From contig CP066685.1 in the NCBI GenBank assembly GCA_016432345.1, positions 112,236 to 176,235 on the forward strand: 64,000 bases of DNA, read 5' to 3'. A model generated the notes under the pieces. That model made no database searches. It had not been told where the DNA came from and was given only the letters and a program-made list of their open reading frames with translations. This document shows, piece after piece, positions 34,644 to 42,560 of the stretch. The stretch comes from Candidatus Levyibacteriota bacterium. Lineage in GTDB: Bacteria > Patescibacteriota > Microgenomatia > Levybacterales > UBA12049. Each line of letters starts with the position of its first letter. Positions within the stretch are counted from its first letter, which is position 1. Position numbers and translations under genes: made by a program.

Positions 34644-36113
34644 TTATTGAGAGTTTTGGAGGAAAAATTTGTAATCTTGTTCATTAACTAATCCATCTTT
34701 ATTAAAATCAACAGCATTTTTATCCAAACACGATGATGTATTTGCTTTTTCTTTGAAACAGTTAGTAAATATTTGGTATATACTTTGTGATTTTAAGTCA
34801 CTGTTATTGGCGGCATTTAAACACGATGCTTTTATATTAGCGTTAATAAAAGGGAATTGGTTGCCAGTTTTGCTTAAAAGGTTAAAAACTTTTATGTCTG
34901 TAGGATTTGGATTATTTTTTTGATACATCTCCCATTTAACCCATCCCCATTCCTTGCTATAATAAAAATTTTCAAAATTATCTCCGTAGTCATATTTTAA
35001 AACAATAATATCCTGAATTCCTAAATCTCCACCAAGGTTATATGCAGGATCATGTTTTTCCAATGTAATTTTATAGGAAAAAGGTCCAGAGTTTATAATT
35101 GTGTCTAGTGTTTCTCCTTTTGTATTTACTGCTTTACTACTTGATCTCTTGATGCATTTTAAATTAGATAGATTTTGGTCGTATAACTGAAGCAGATTAC
35201 TATTTCCAACTTCGATGGTTTCTCCAACGTTCATCTGTCTTTTCATCCATCTTCCGTCGGAAAAAGTCATTGACGGAACTGCAAGAAGAGTTCGATCTTC
35301 TTTTAGATAGATATATTGGTCATCCCATGTGTGGAGTTCATAAAAGAGTGGACTATCGCCTTTGACGTAGTAAGAAATTCTTTTGTTGGTATCAATTGTT
35401 TGACTTATAAGATGATTACCATTTAGATTTTCGTTAGGATGATGTGTGAGAAAATACGATAACGTATCTATTTTTGTTTGTGGTGGTGTAGATTGATTTG
35501 TGTTTGTTGTCGGAGCAATAAGAAATACAGTAGCTGTTAAGGTTTTGTATGTTATTTGATCAAATAATGTTATTTGTACCATTCTTTGTGCTTGTGATTC
35601 ATTATCTTTTAACTCATTTAGCCTCCATGGAATAGATTGAGAGAGAGCTTGAATTAAGTTATCTGTAATTTCTAGTGGTTGGTTTCCTTTTATGCCATTG
35701 TCAATATTTTCAATGCGTATCTTTTTTAAGATATGCGTTGTTGGCGCTTTTGATGATACTGGTTGAATTGGTTGTTGTGTTGCAGGAATATCTGGTTTAC
35801 TACTGCCAATACCGATAAACTGTTGCTTAGGTAATTGTGTCGGTAGTGGTTGTTGTGTGGGAATATTTGTTGATGTTGGTTGTATACAGTGTTGTCGGTA
35901 GAGTTTTGGTTCGTATGTTTTTGCACAAGCACACCATATAGGAGATCCTGCAGAATCAGGGCCAAAATCTGTTCCTGGAGTGCCTAAGAAACTTCCATCT
36001 GTCGCACAACGGGCACACAAGTTTGGATAAAACTTGTTTGATTCACATATAGGTTTTGGTGTTGGAATTGCTGTTGGTTGTTGTGGGGGGGGGTATATTA
36101 CAAGAGCCAACAC
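34644..36113 (-). CDS. C-terminal ~470 aa of a split Cys-/Pro-Gln-rich surface protein, with a dockerin/EF-hand-like tail
   Basis: Begins inside the C9 tract; ...PPPQQPTAIPTPKPICESNKF...; ends ...DFNKDGLVNEQDYKFF. The track's 'MLALVIY' start is an out-of-frame reading of the upstream ORF. Confidence 0.6.
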   Translation of the reverse strand: MLALVIYPPPQQPTAIPTPKPICESNKFYPNLCARCATDGSFLGTPGTDFGPDSAGSPIWCACAKTYEPKLYRQHCIQPTSTNIPTQQPLPTQLPKQQFIGIGSSKPDIPATQQPIQPVSSKAPTTHILKKIRIENIDNGIKGNQPLEITDNLIQALSQSIPWRLNELKDNESQAQRMVQITLFDQITYKTLTATVFLIAPTTNTNQSTPPQTKIDTLSYFLTHHPNENLNGNHLISQTIDTNKRISYYVKGDSPLFYELHTWDDQYIYLKEDRTLLAVPSMTFSDGRWMKRQMNVGETIEVGNSNLLQLYDQNLSNLKCIKRSSSKAVNTKGETLDTIINSGPFSYKITLEKHDPAYNLGGDLGIQDIIVLKYDYGDNFENFYYSKEWGWVKWEMYQKNNPNPTDIKVFNLLSKTGNQFPFINANIKASCLNAANNSDLKSQSIYQIFTNCFKEKANTSSCLDKNAVDFNKDGLVNEQDYKFFLQNSQ

Positions 36114-36555
36114 AGAGTCCGCCGCGGCACCAAGTAAAGCCTTCTGGACACCATGATTGGCAATTTCCTACATCGCCATTACATTGTTCTTGTGTACAGG
36201 TTTTTCCGTTTGGAGCAGCACAGATACCAGATGGTAATGGTTCTTGGGCATAGGCATTTTTGATAATATTGTTGTTTCTGCTTTGGGTAGGAAGTTGCCA
36301 GGTAGAAGGGAGAGCTATTTGAAGATACACAACAGGGTCTGATGTTTGAGAAATTGGAATTCCAGTTGCATCAACAATTTTAATAACATCGTTACTTGAG
36401 GCTTTTTGTGTGAGGTTTTGGACTGTGAGAGCTGCGCCGATGGTGACGGGAAGAATAAAGGTAATGGCAAGGATAATAAAGAGACGCTTTTTGTCTGGGT
36501 TTGCTTCCAGAAAAAACTTGAAACGAGCAATATGCTGTTTTATTGTTTGATACAT
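36043..36555 (-). CDS. N-terminal part of the same surface protein (signal anchor plus Cys-rich module)
   Basis: MYQTIKQHIARFKFFLEANPDKKRLFIILAITFILPVTIGAAL...ICAAPNGKTCTQEQCNGDVGNCQSWCPEGFTWCRGGLCVGSCNIPPP, then 13 out-of-frame codons and a stop. Confidence 0.6.
   Translation of the reverse strand: MYQTIKQHIARFKFFLEANPDKKRLFIILAITFILPVTIGAALTVQNLTQKASSNDVIKIVDATGIPISQTSDPVVYLQIALPSTWQLPTQSRNNNIIKNAYAQEPLPSGICAAPNGKTCTQEQCNGDVGNCQSWCPEGFTWCRGGLCVGSCNIPPPTTTNSNSNTKTYM
36085..36093. repeat. G9 homopolymer (C9 on the coding strand) at the junction of the two ORFs
   Basis: ttgtGGGGGGGGGtatatt read directly. Confidence 0.95.
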
Positions 36556-36587
36556 TATTTTTACAGTAGCATCGGGAGTATATAATG

Positions 36588-38738
36588 TCAATAGACTTGG
36601 TAGATTTTTGTCTGATTATTTTGGTAAATAATTTTTCCTAAACGATCAAATTTTTTGATATTAAGATTTGGGTATTTTTGGCGTTCTAGGTCGCCTATAA
36701 ATATGAGGGAAATCTTGTATTTATCCATGAGTTGTTTTGTGCTGGTAAGATCACTTGTTTCATAAAGCATTTTTACTTCGTTAATTCGGGGTGCTGGAAT
36801 ATCGTATGTTCCCCGCCACAGCCATTCATGGACTGTCCATCCCAAAACCGTTGGCAAACCGGTATTGCTGGAAACTCGTGCATAGTCGGTGTACGAATCC
36901 CCTTGTGCCTCGAGGATTACCGGTTGTCCTTTTATATTTTTATTTAACCACCCAATTGCATTGTAGTCAGTCGGATATTGTTTTTTAAGGTATGCTGTTC
37001 CGTCAAGACCATAATATGTTTGCAAATTACCATAGTAAGAATTGATAGCAAAGTAAGGGTAAATAGATACGAGCAATACAAGAATTGTAGCAAGTAGTAT
37101 ATAGCATGTAGTACGTACATAATACCTAATACTTAATACTATCCGAAGGATAATATATCCCGAGGAGAGAGAAAGCATCATAAAGGATTGATAGACAAGT
37201 TTAAACATGGTATTGGCTCTGTAGTGGGCAGGGTAGATATCTTTTACATAGATAAATTCGGGGAGGATGATCAAAACAGCGGATAGGAGAATTAAGAGTA
37301 AGACGAAAACATCACTAGCGTATAGCGTATAGTGTTTAGTTTTTAGTTTTTTCCAGATAAAAATAAGAAAGGATACTGCCCAGAAGCAAAAAAAACCATA
37401 CAATATAAGCATCTGCCACCAGGGCGAGTGTTGACAGTGGTCTTTCTCAAATAAAAAAGGTCCAATTTTTCCAATATCCGTTAAAAAATTGGGCGCACAT
37501 AAGACGCCTATGCCGGAAACAAATGGTTTGAAATGTAACGAAAATGGAAGGGAAAAAAGAAAAAAACCAGCCAGGATTAGCGTATAGCGTATAGCGTATA
37601 GCGTATAGTTTTTGGAGCGATGAGCAAGATAGAAAAAGATAAACAATGTTAGTAGTCCATAAATAATGCCATCCCAGGCATTGGTCATATACATGATTGC
37701 TAATAAGAAGCTTATTAGCAAAATTTGAAATTTGAAATTTGAAATTTGAAATGAATTTTTATTTTTATAATTTTTAATTTGATTGAAAATTGAAAATTGA
37801 AAATTGAAAATTAAAGAGAGTAGTACTGCTATTGTCATCAACACAAACGGAATGTCTATAACATGACCGTGGAGATCGGAAACAACAAATGAGTACATGG
37901 GGAATTCGTGAATAGTGTTGTGAATAAAACGGGTAGCATTTGGGTACCAGTAGTTATTTGGGAGAGTATTTGGAGAAAAAGCAAGTTGCCAGACAGGAAC
38001 GGGATTTTCGTTGGTATAAGGTTTGAAAAAGGTGTAGATAGTATGTAAATTTCCAGCCATAGATACTAGAAATGCTGTCAGTACCCCTCCAATTATTAAA
38101 ACTTTTAAGTTTTGAATTTTGAGTTGATTGATGAGATTTGCACCGATAGAAAAAGAGCAGGTAAAAGTAAAAGCAAAAATTGTTGCCAGCATAAGATTGT
38201 AGGTCATGTTTGATGGAAGCATTGATGCTTTTGTCAAAACAGCAGTTACCAAATGACCAAAGTAATAGTAGTTGATCGAGAAGGGAGTAAACCACATATC
38301 TTTTGGTGGGAAATAATCGGCTCGAAGAATTGAATTAATAAATCCAAAATCCATGTATTTTTCCAGTCCGTGAATATCTGGTTGAAAACCACGAATGTAT
38401 GACCAAAATACTATTCCTGCAAAGAAAAGCAGTTCTTCAAAAAGAAAAATACGTATTGTTGACTTAGTATTCTTTTTTAGAATAAATGTGTTTATTGCAA
38501 CAAATAAACTTGCTATTAAGAAGATAGTTGAGAATGTAAAAGGAAGAATTTTTAACGTTCCTAAAACAAAAACAGCGTAGCTTACAAAAGCCATGCCCAG
38601 TATTTTAGAGAAGATATATCCTTTATCAAAAAAGTTTGAAAATATCAGGGTGGTTATCGGGAGGAAAATAATCCCTATTAAAAAAAATACAAACCACCAC
38701 TGGATAACAAAATAAAAATCAGATAAAGACATATGCAC
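36588..38738 (-). CDS. Large polytopic membrane protein, DUF2298 / 'YYY' family (GT-C-like)
   Basis: 716 aa; ...FSINYYYFGHLVTAVLTK... is the YYY signature; C-terminal soluble domain ...GQPVILEAQGDSYTDYARVSSNTGLPTVLGW... Confidence 0.6.
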   Translation of the reverse strand: MHMSLSDFYFVIQWWFVFFLIGIIFLPITTLIFSNFFDKGYIFSKILGMAFVSYAVFVLGTLKILPFTFSTIFLIASLFVAINTFILKKNTKSTIRIFLFEELLFFAGIVFWSYIRGFQPDIHGLEKYMDFGFINSILRADYFPPKDMWFTPFSINYYYFGHLVTAVLTKASMLPSNMTYNLMLATIFAFTFTCSFSIGANLINQLKIQNLKVLIIGGVLTAFLVSMAGNLHTIYTFFKPYTNENPVPVWQLAFSPNTLPNNYWYPNATRFIHNTIHEFPMYSFVVSDLHGHVIDIPFVLMTIAVLLSLIFNFQFSIFNQIKNYKNKNSFQISNFKFQILLISFLLAIMYMTNAWDGIIYGLLTLFIFFYLAHRSKNYTLYAIRYTLILAGFFLFSLPFSLHFKPFVSGIGVLCAPNFLTDIGKIGPFLFEKDHCQHSPWWQMLILYGFFCFWAVSFLIFIWKKLKTKHYTLYASDVFVLLLILLSAVLIILPEFIYVKDIYPAHYRANTMFKLVYQSFMMLSLSSGYIILRIVLSIRYYVRTTCYILLATILVLLVSIYPYFAINSYYGNLQTYYGLDGTAYLKKQYPTDYNAIGWLNKNIKGQPVILEAQGDSYTDYARVSSNTGLPTVLGWTVHEWLWRGTYDIPAPRINEVKMLYETSDLTSTKQLMDKYKISLIFIGDLERQKYPNLNIKKFDRLGKIIYQNNQTKIYQVY
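37121..37141. repeat. Heptamer array AATACCT AATACTT AATACTA
   Basis: Read directly; lies inside the YYY gene. Confidence 0.8.
37317..37351. repeat. Heptamer array AGCGTAT x2, AGTGTTT, AGTTTTT x2
   Basis: Read directly; the sense strand encodes ...KTKHYTLYAS... Confidence 0.95.
37579..37613. repeat. Heptamer array AGCGTAT x4 then AGTTTTT
   Basis: Read directly; the sense strand encodes ...KNYTLYAIRYTL... Confidence 0.95.
37699..37719. repeat. Perfect 9-bp inverted repeat GCTAATAAG-aag-CTTATTAGC next to the arrays
   Basis: Read directly; lies within coding sequence (...LLISFLLAI...). Confidence 0.9.
37721..37755. repeat. Heptamer array AAATTTG x4 then AAATGAA
   Basis: Read directly; the sense strand encodes ...FQISNFKFQ... 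Confidence 0.95.
37782..37816. repeat. Heptamer array ATTGAAA x4 then ATTAAAG
   Basis: Read directly; the sense strand encodes ...FNFQFSIFNQ... Confidence 0.95.
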
Positions 38739-38746
38739 TTATACTT

Positions 38747-40276
38747 TCAAAAAGTTTGTGTTTTGAATATAAAAAACTGTGTAGATCCATTAATATCTTT
38801 TATATCAAAAATTCTACCATCAGGAAAAATACTTTTTAATTCATCCACTTTAAAATAATACTGAGGGTACAGAATATACACACTGCTTTTATTTCTTATT
38901 ATAGAGGAACCTAAGACAGTGTTGTTTTGGGAATAGTTATTAAAAATAAGATCGGTTCTATTTGATTCCGGAGCGAGAAACCGGAGTGTACCGAAGTTCG
39001 AGTAACCTTCGTACGGAGTTACAAAAATTATTCGTGTTGATGGAGGTAGAGATTGAAGGTAATAAGAAATCTTAGTTGCTGCGCGCGCATTTAAATCACC
39101 TACAACCTGATTGGGGTAAATGAAAAAGTATGTATAAAGGTTACTACCAATCATTGTAATAATTAAAGATGCTGCTATTATTCTGTGGTTGTTCTTTCCC
39201 TTAATATGTTGAATAAACATCTCAATGCCTAGGGCAACAAAAGTAAAAAGTACAGGTAGGCTTATTACAAAACGAGGTAGAAAAATGGGGGTTGGTACAG
39301 TAGTAAATATCTGCCCAAGTATAGCAAGAAATAACCACAAAAAGAGAAATGAATATGGAAACGAAAAAAATCTTTTCGCTCCATAGAAAAGGCCAAGACA
39401 TAAAAATACCAGCGTTGTGTAATCTATGAGTTGTCCTTTGAAACCGTATTGTGTACTGTTGTCCCCAGCAAAAATATTAAACGTTTTTTTTGTTTGTTCA
39501 AAAATGATTTCACTCTCTGATTTTTGATAGTTTGTCCATTTTCTACCAGAGTCAGAAAAAATATAGACACTTTTTGTTCTACTAAAGAAAGTTTCTGGAT
39601 GATCTAAAAAAAATTTTCCTTGTGGAGCAAAGATAACTAGTACCCCAAGTGTAAAAATAAAGAGGTTAAGAACCTTATTCAGAGAGAATTTTTTTACATA
39701 GTGAATGAAGATAGGTAATATCATGATTGGGATTATTCGGACTGCATAATATGAATAAAGGCTTAATCCCATAAAGCAGCCTGCAACAAAAAAATAAATC
39801 ATGTGTTCTTTTTTAATCGCCTTAAAGAGAAAGTACAGCGTTATTAATGCTAAAAATGTTGCTTGTACATATGTTATTCCAACTCTACTTAAAGCAAGCC
39901 ACATATGTGATGTCCCAAGAAGTATAGTTGCAAAAAATGCAATTCGAGGAGTGAAGAGAAGTTTTAGAAGAAGATAAAATACAGGAAGAGTTAATAAGCC
40001 AAAAATCACAGAACCCATTCTATTCCCTACTGCATTTTCGCCAAATATAGCCATCCCTAGTGCGTGAGGAGCAAATGATAATATAGGTAAATCAAACCAG
40101 CCAACTCCAAAAATATTTACAGAGCGTGTAACAATTTTAAGAGCCTGAAGCGCAGTTTCTCCCTCGTCTCCATGCACGCTCGTGGGTATTGTATTAAGTT
40201 TTATAATATATAGGCTTATGATACCTAATGAAATTAGTAAAATAGTAAAAATTTTAACAACCCGTTTGTAGTGCAT
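38747..40276 (-). CDS. GT-C membrane glycosyltransferase (family 39 / ArnT-PMT-like)
   Basis: 509 aa, about 11 TM; first-loop acidic motif ...HGDEGETALQAL... Confidence 0.65.
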   Translation of the reverse strand: MHYKRVVKIFTILLISLGIISLYIIKLNTIPTSVHGDEGETALQALKIVTRSVNIFGVGWFDLPILSFAPHALGMAIFGENAVGNRMGSVIFGLLTLPVFYLLLKLLFTPRIAFFATILLGTSHMWLALSRVGITYVQATFLALITLYFLFKAIKKEHMIYFFVAGCFMGLSLYSYYAVRIIPIMILPIFIHYVKKFSLNKVLNLFIFTLGVLVIFAPQGKFFLDHPETFFSRTKSVYIFSDSGRKWTNYQKSESEIIFEQTKKTFNIFAGDNSTQYGFKGQLIDYTTLVFLCLGLFYGAKRFFSFPYSFLFLWLFLAILGQIFTTVPTPIFLPRFVISLPVLFTFVALGIEMFIQHIKGKNNHRIIAASLIITMIGSNLYTYFFIYPNQVVGDLNARAATKISYYLQSLPPSTRIIFVTPYEGYSNFGTLRFLAPESNRTDLIFNNYSQNNTVLGSSIIRNKSSVYILYPQYYFKVDELKSIFPDGRIFDIKDINGSTQFFIFKTQTF

Positions 40277-41882
40277 AAATGATTAATTGAGTATTTGGAT
40301 TTTCATATGATTTTACAAAATTTATATCAAAAAAGTCTTTATTAATTATAAAATCTCTGCTGGGATCATTTTCTATACTTACATACATGAGATTGTGTTT
40401 TTTTATAGACTGACAAAAGTCAGGTAAAGATGACTCATTAAATAGTTTCTTTCTTAGTAAGTCTCGTTCAAGCGTATTGTATCCTAAAGACCAAGAAAAG
40501 TAGGGCCAACCTAAAAATATCTTACGCCCAGCTAAAGATGCAGGATGATACAAATACGAAGAATTAAGAAACACTGCTTTTTTGGGTGTATGTTTCATAA
40601 TCCATGCAACGTCGGGATTTTTAGGATAATCTGCAAGTTCCATATAGCTATCATTTTTGATTGGAAAAAAATCAATAATTCCAGAAAGCATAAGGAAAAA
40701 TAGAGCAAAAATCACAAGCGGTTTTGTAAAAAGGTGCAGTTTCCAAAACTTTACAAGTAAAAATGCACTATACATATTTCCTCCAATAAGGAATGCATTA
40801 AAAAATTTGTGATTTGCTGCAATTTCTAAACTTAGCTGCACAGAGTGCCCTACAAAAAAGATAAGAAGAAATGGAATAAATACTTTTTTTGCTAATTTTG
40901 GAGAAAGCATAACTCCAAGAGGAATAAGAAAAAATGAGAGGCCAAGATTAAAAAACCAATACCTAAAAAACGATAAGAAAGTAAGCTTTTCTTGAATAAG
41001 GTAAGTAAGGTTAATGTATGGTGTAAATGTTGCTGTTTCTTTTAAGAAAAGGATACGAGGAAGAGAAAGAAGTCCTCCTAAAACAAGTATCATAAAAACT
41101 GCTTTTCTTTGCCGAGGAAAAAGGAGAAAAAATGTTACAAGTGTTAACCCAAACATAATAAAGACGCCTGAGTGAAAAAAGGGGAGCAATCCTAACAGTA
41201 AACCAAAGACTGTTGATAAAAAAAGGGGAAGGACCTTTTTCTGTTGGTCATATTTTACAATATAGAAAACAAATAGTAAGAAAAGTCCGAGGGGAAGAGC
41301 CAAGTGTCTTTGATTGGTGTAAATATTTAAATTCCAAAATGCTGATACAATTTTTCCATCATACGGTCCAAATGAAGGAAATGCTGTGTTTGTAAAAACA
41401 TCATGTATTATAGTAAAAGATATTGGGTGGATTTTAAAAAACTCCAAAAAAGAGAGCGAGCCGTTAAAAAGGAATAGAAAAACCGAAAGAAAACCAACCG
41501 CTCTGCTTTGGAAAAGCGTTGTTGCCAAGTAATAAATTGTAAGAATAAGAAGAAAAAAAGATATGCTGCTTGGGATATTGAATGCCCAATCAATTTGCAA
41601 GCCTAGTTTTTCTAGTAATCCAACAAAGAAGTAGAAAAGAAAATGGTATCGGATTGGCTCTCCTGGAAAGAGCGGGTACTCTGGAGGAATATTATTTCCA
41701 AACGAAAAGGAGCGAATAAGGGGGATATGACCACCAAAATCACTCCATGCCTTAGTAGCTATCTGCATTGTTCCATTTGAATATGAAAATGTATGAAACA
41801 TTAACCAAAAACTGAAAATTATAATACAGGGTAAAAAGATCCAATTGAAAGGAGTAATATGGGATTTAATACGCTTAAACAT
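40254..41882 (-). CDS. Polytopic membrane protein, probably a GT-C-fold glycosyltransferase
   Basis: 542 aa, more than 12 TM, C-terminal soluble domain; ...WSDFGGHIPLIRSF...PGEPIRYHF... No firm family assignment. Confidence 0.45.
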   Translation of the reverse strand: MFKRIKSHITPFNWIFLPCIIIFSFWLMFHTFSYSNGTMQIATKAWSDFGGHIPLIRSFSFGNNIPPEYPLFPGEPIRYHFLFYFFVGLLEKLGLQIDWAFNIPSSISFFLLILTIYYLATTLFQSRAVGFLSVFLFLFNGSLSFLEFFKIHPISFTIIHDVFTNTAFPSFGPYDGKIVSAFWNLNIYTNQRHLALPLGLFLLFVFYIVKYDQQKKVLPLFLSTVFGLLLGLLPFFHSGVFIMFGLTLVTFFLLFPRQRKAVFMILVLGGLLSLPRILFLKETATFTPYINLTYLIQEKLTFLSFFRYWFFNLGLSFFLIPLGVMLSPKLAKKVFIPFLLIFFVGHSVQLSLEIAANHKFFNAFLIGGNMYSAFLLVKFWKLHLFTKPLVIFALFFLMLSGIIDFFPIKNDSYMELADYPKNPDVAWIMKHTPKKAVFLNSSYLYHPASLAGRKIFLGWPYFSWSLGYNTLERDLLRKKLFNESSLPDFCQSIKKHNLMYVSIENDPSRDFIINKDFFDINFVKSYENPNTQLIIYALQTGC

Positions 41883-42540
41883 TTTTTACTAAAAAAACAT
41901 TTATTAAAGAAAGCCGGGACGAAAATGGAATAGGTAACGATATTTTTTTTTCAATAACAGGGAAAACCTGTTCTATATCTGAAGGATAAATAGCATGGAT
42001 ATGGTCTGGAGAATGGAGAGGAAATTTTAATTGTAAGAGCCGAGCAAATTCCCAAAGGTCTTCATTTGGAATACCAAAAATAATATATCCATTTTTTTTC
42101 ACAACTCGTTTAAGTTCTTTAAATAGCGTCTGAGGGGATAATACATGTTCAACTATATCGCAGGCTAGCGCCGCATCAAATGCATTAGCCTTAAAAGGCA
42201 TTTTTGTTACATCTCCTTTAATAAGCGTTACATTTTTTCTTTTAATTTTTTTAATATATTTTTTTGCTTCTGTAATTTGCGTTGGAGAAATATCAATACC
42301 AGTATAGGCAACTTGTTTATCGATTTCATCAATAAGCCTTCCATCTCCACATCCTGCATCGAGAATGTTAGTAATAGGGAGAGGAGCAAGAATTTTTTTT
42401 ATTATTTTTTTCTTATTTGTCCATAAGGTTCTTTCTAGAGGATTTGGAGAATCATAATGCGTTCTCATAGGTGAGGTTTTTGCGACATCTTCATTTGCCA
42501 GGTAAAATTCATCAAAACTTGTTCTCTTAATTATTTTCAT
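41875..42540 (-). CDS. Class I SAM-dependent methyltransferase
   Basis: ...ILDAGCGDGRLIDEI...YTGIDISPTQ...ACDIVEHV...; ATG at 42540. Confidence 0.8.
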   Translation of the reverse strand: MKIIKRTSFDEFYLANEDVAKTSPMRTHYDSPNPLERTLWTNKKKIIKKILAPLPITNILDAGCGDGRLIDEIDKQVAYTGIDISPTQITEAKKYIKKIKRKNVTLIKGDVTKMPFKANAFDAALACDIVEHVLSPQTLFKELKRVVKKNGYIIFGIPNEDLWEFARLLQLKFPLHSPDHIHAIYPSDIEQVFPVIEKKISLPIPFSSRLSLINVFLVKNV

Positions 42541-42560
42541 GAAATTAGATTCTACTTGTT

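Noticed and set aside
37317-37816. Whether the heptamer arrays are a degenerate CRISPR array or minisatellite mis-assembly
   Set aside because: The units are 7 nt with no spacers, and no cas genes are present. The arrays sit in frame inside intact ORFs at six separate loci, which a random assembly collapse would be unlikely to preserve. Only read mapping can exclude an assembly artefact.
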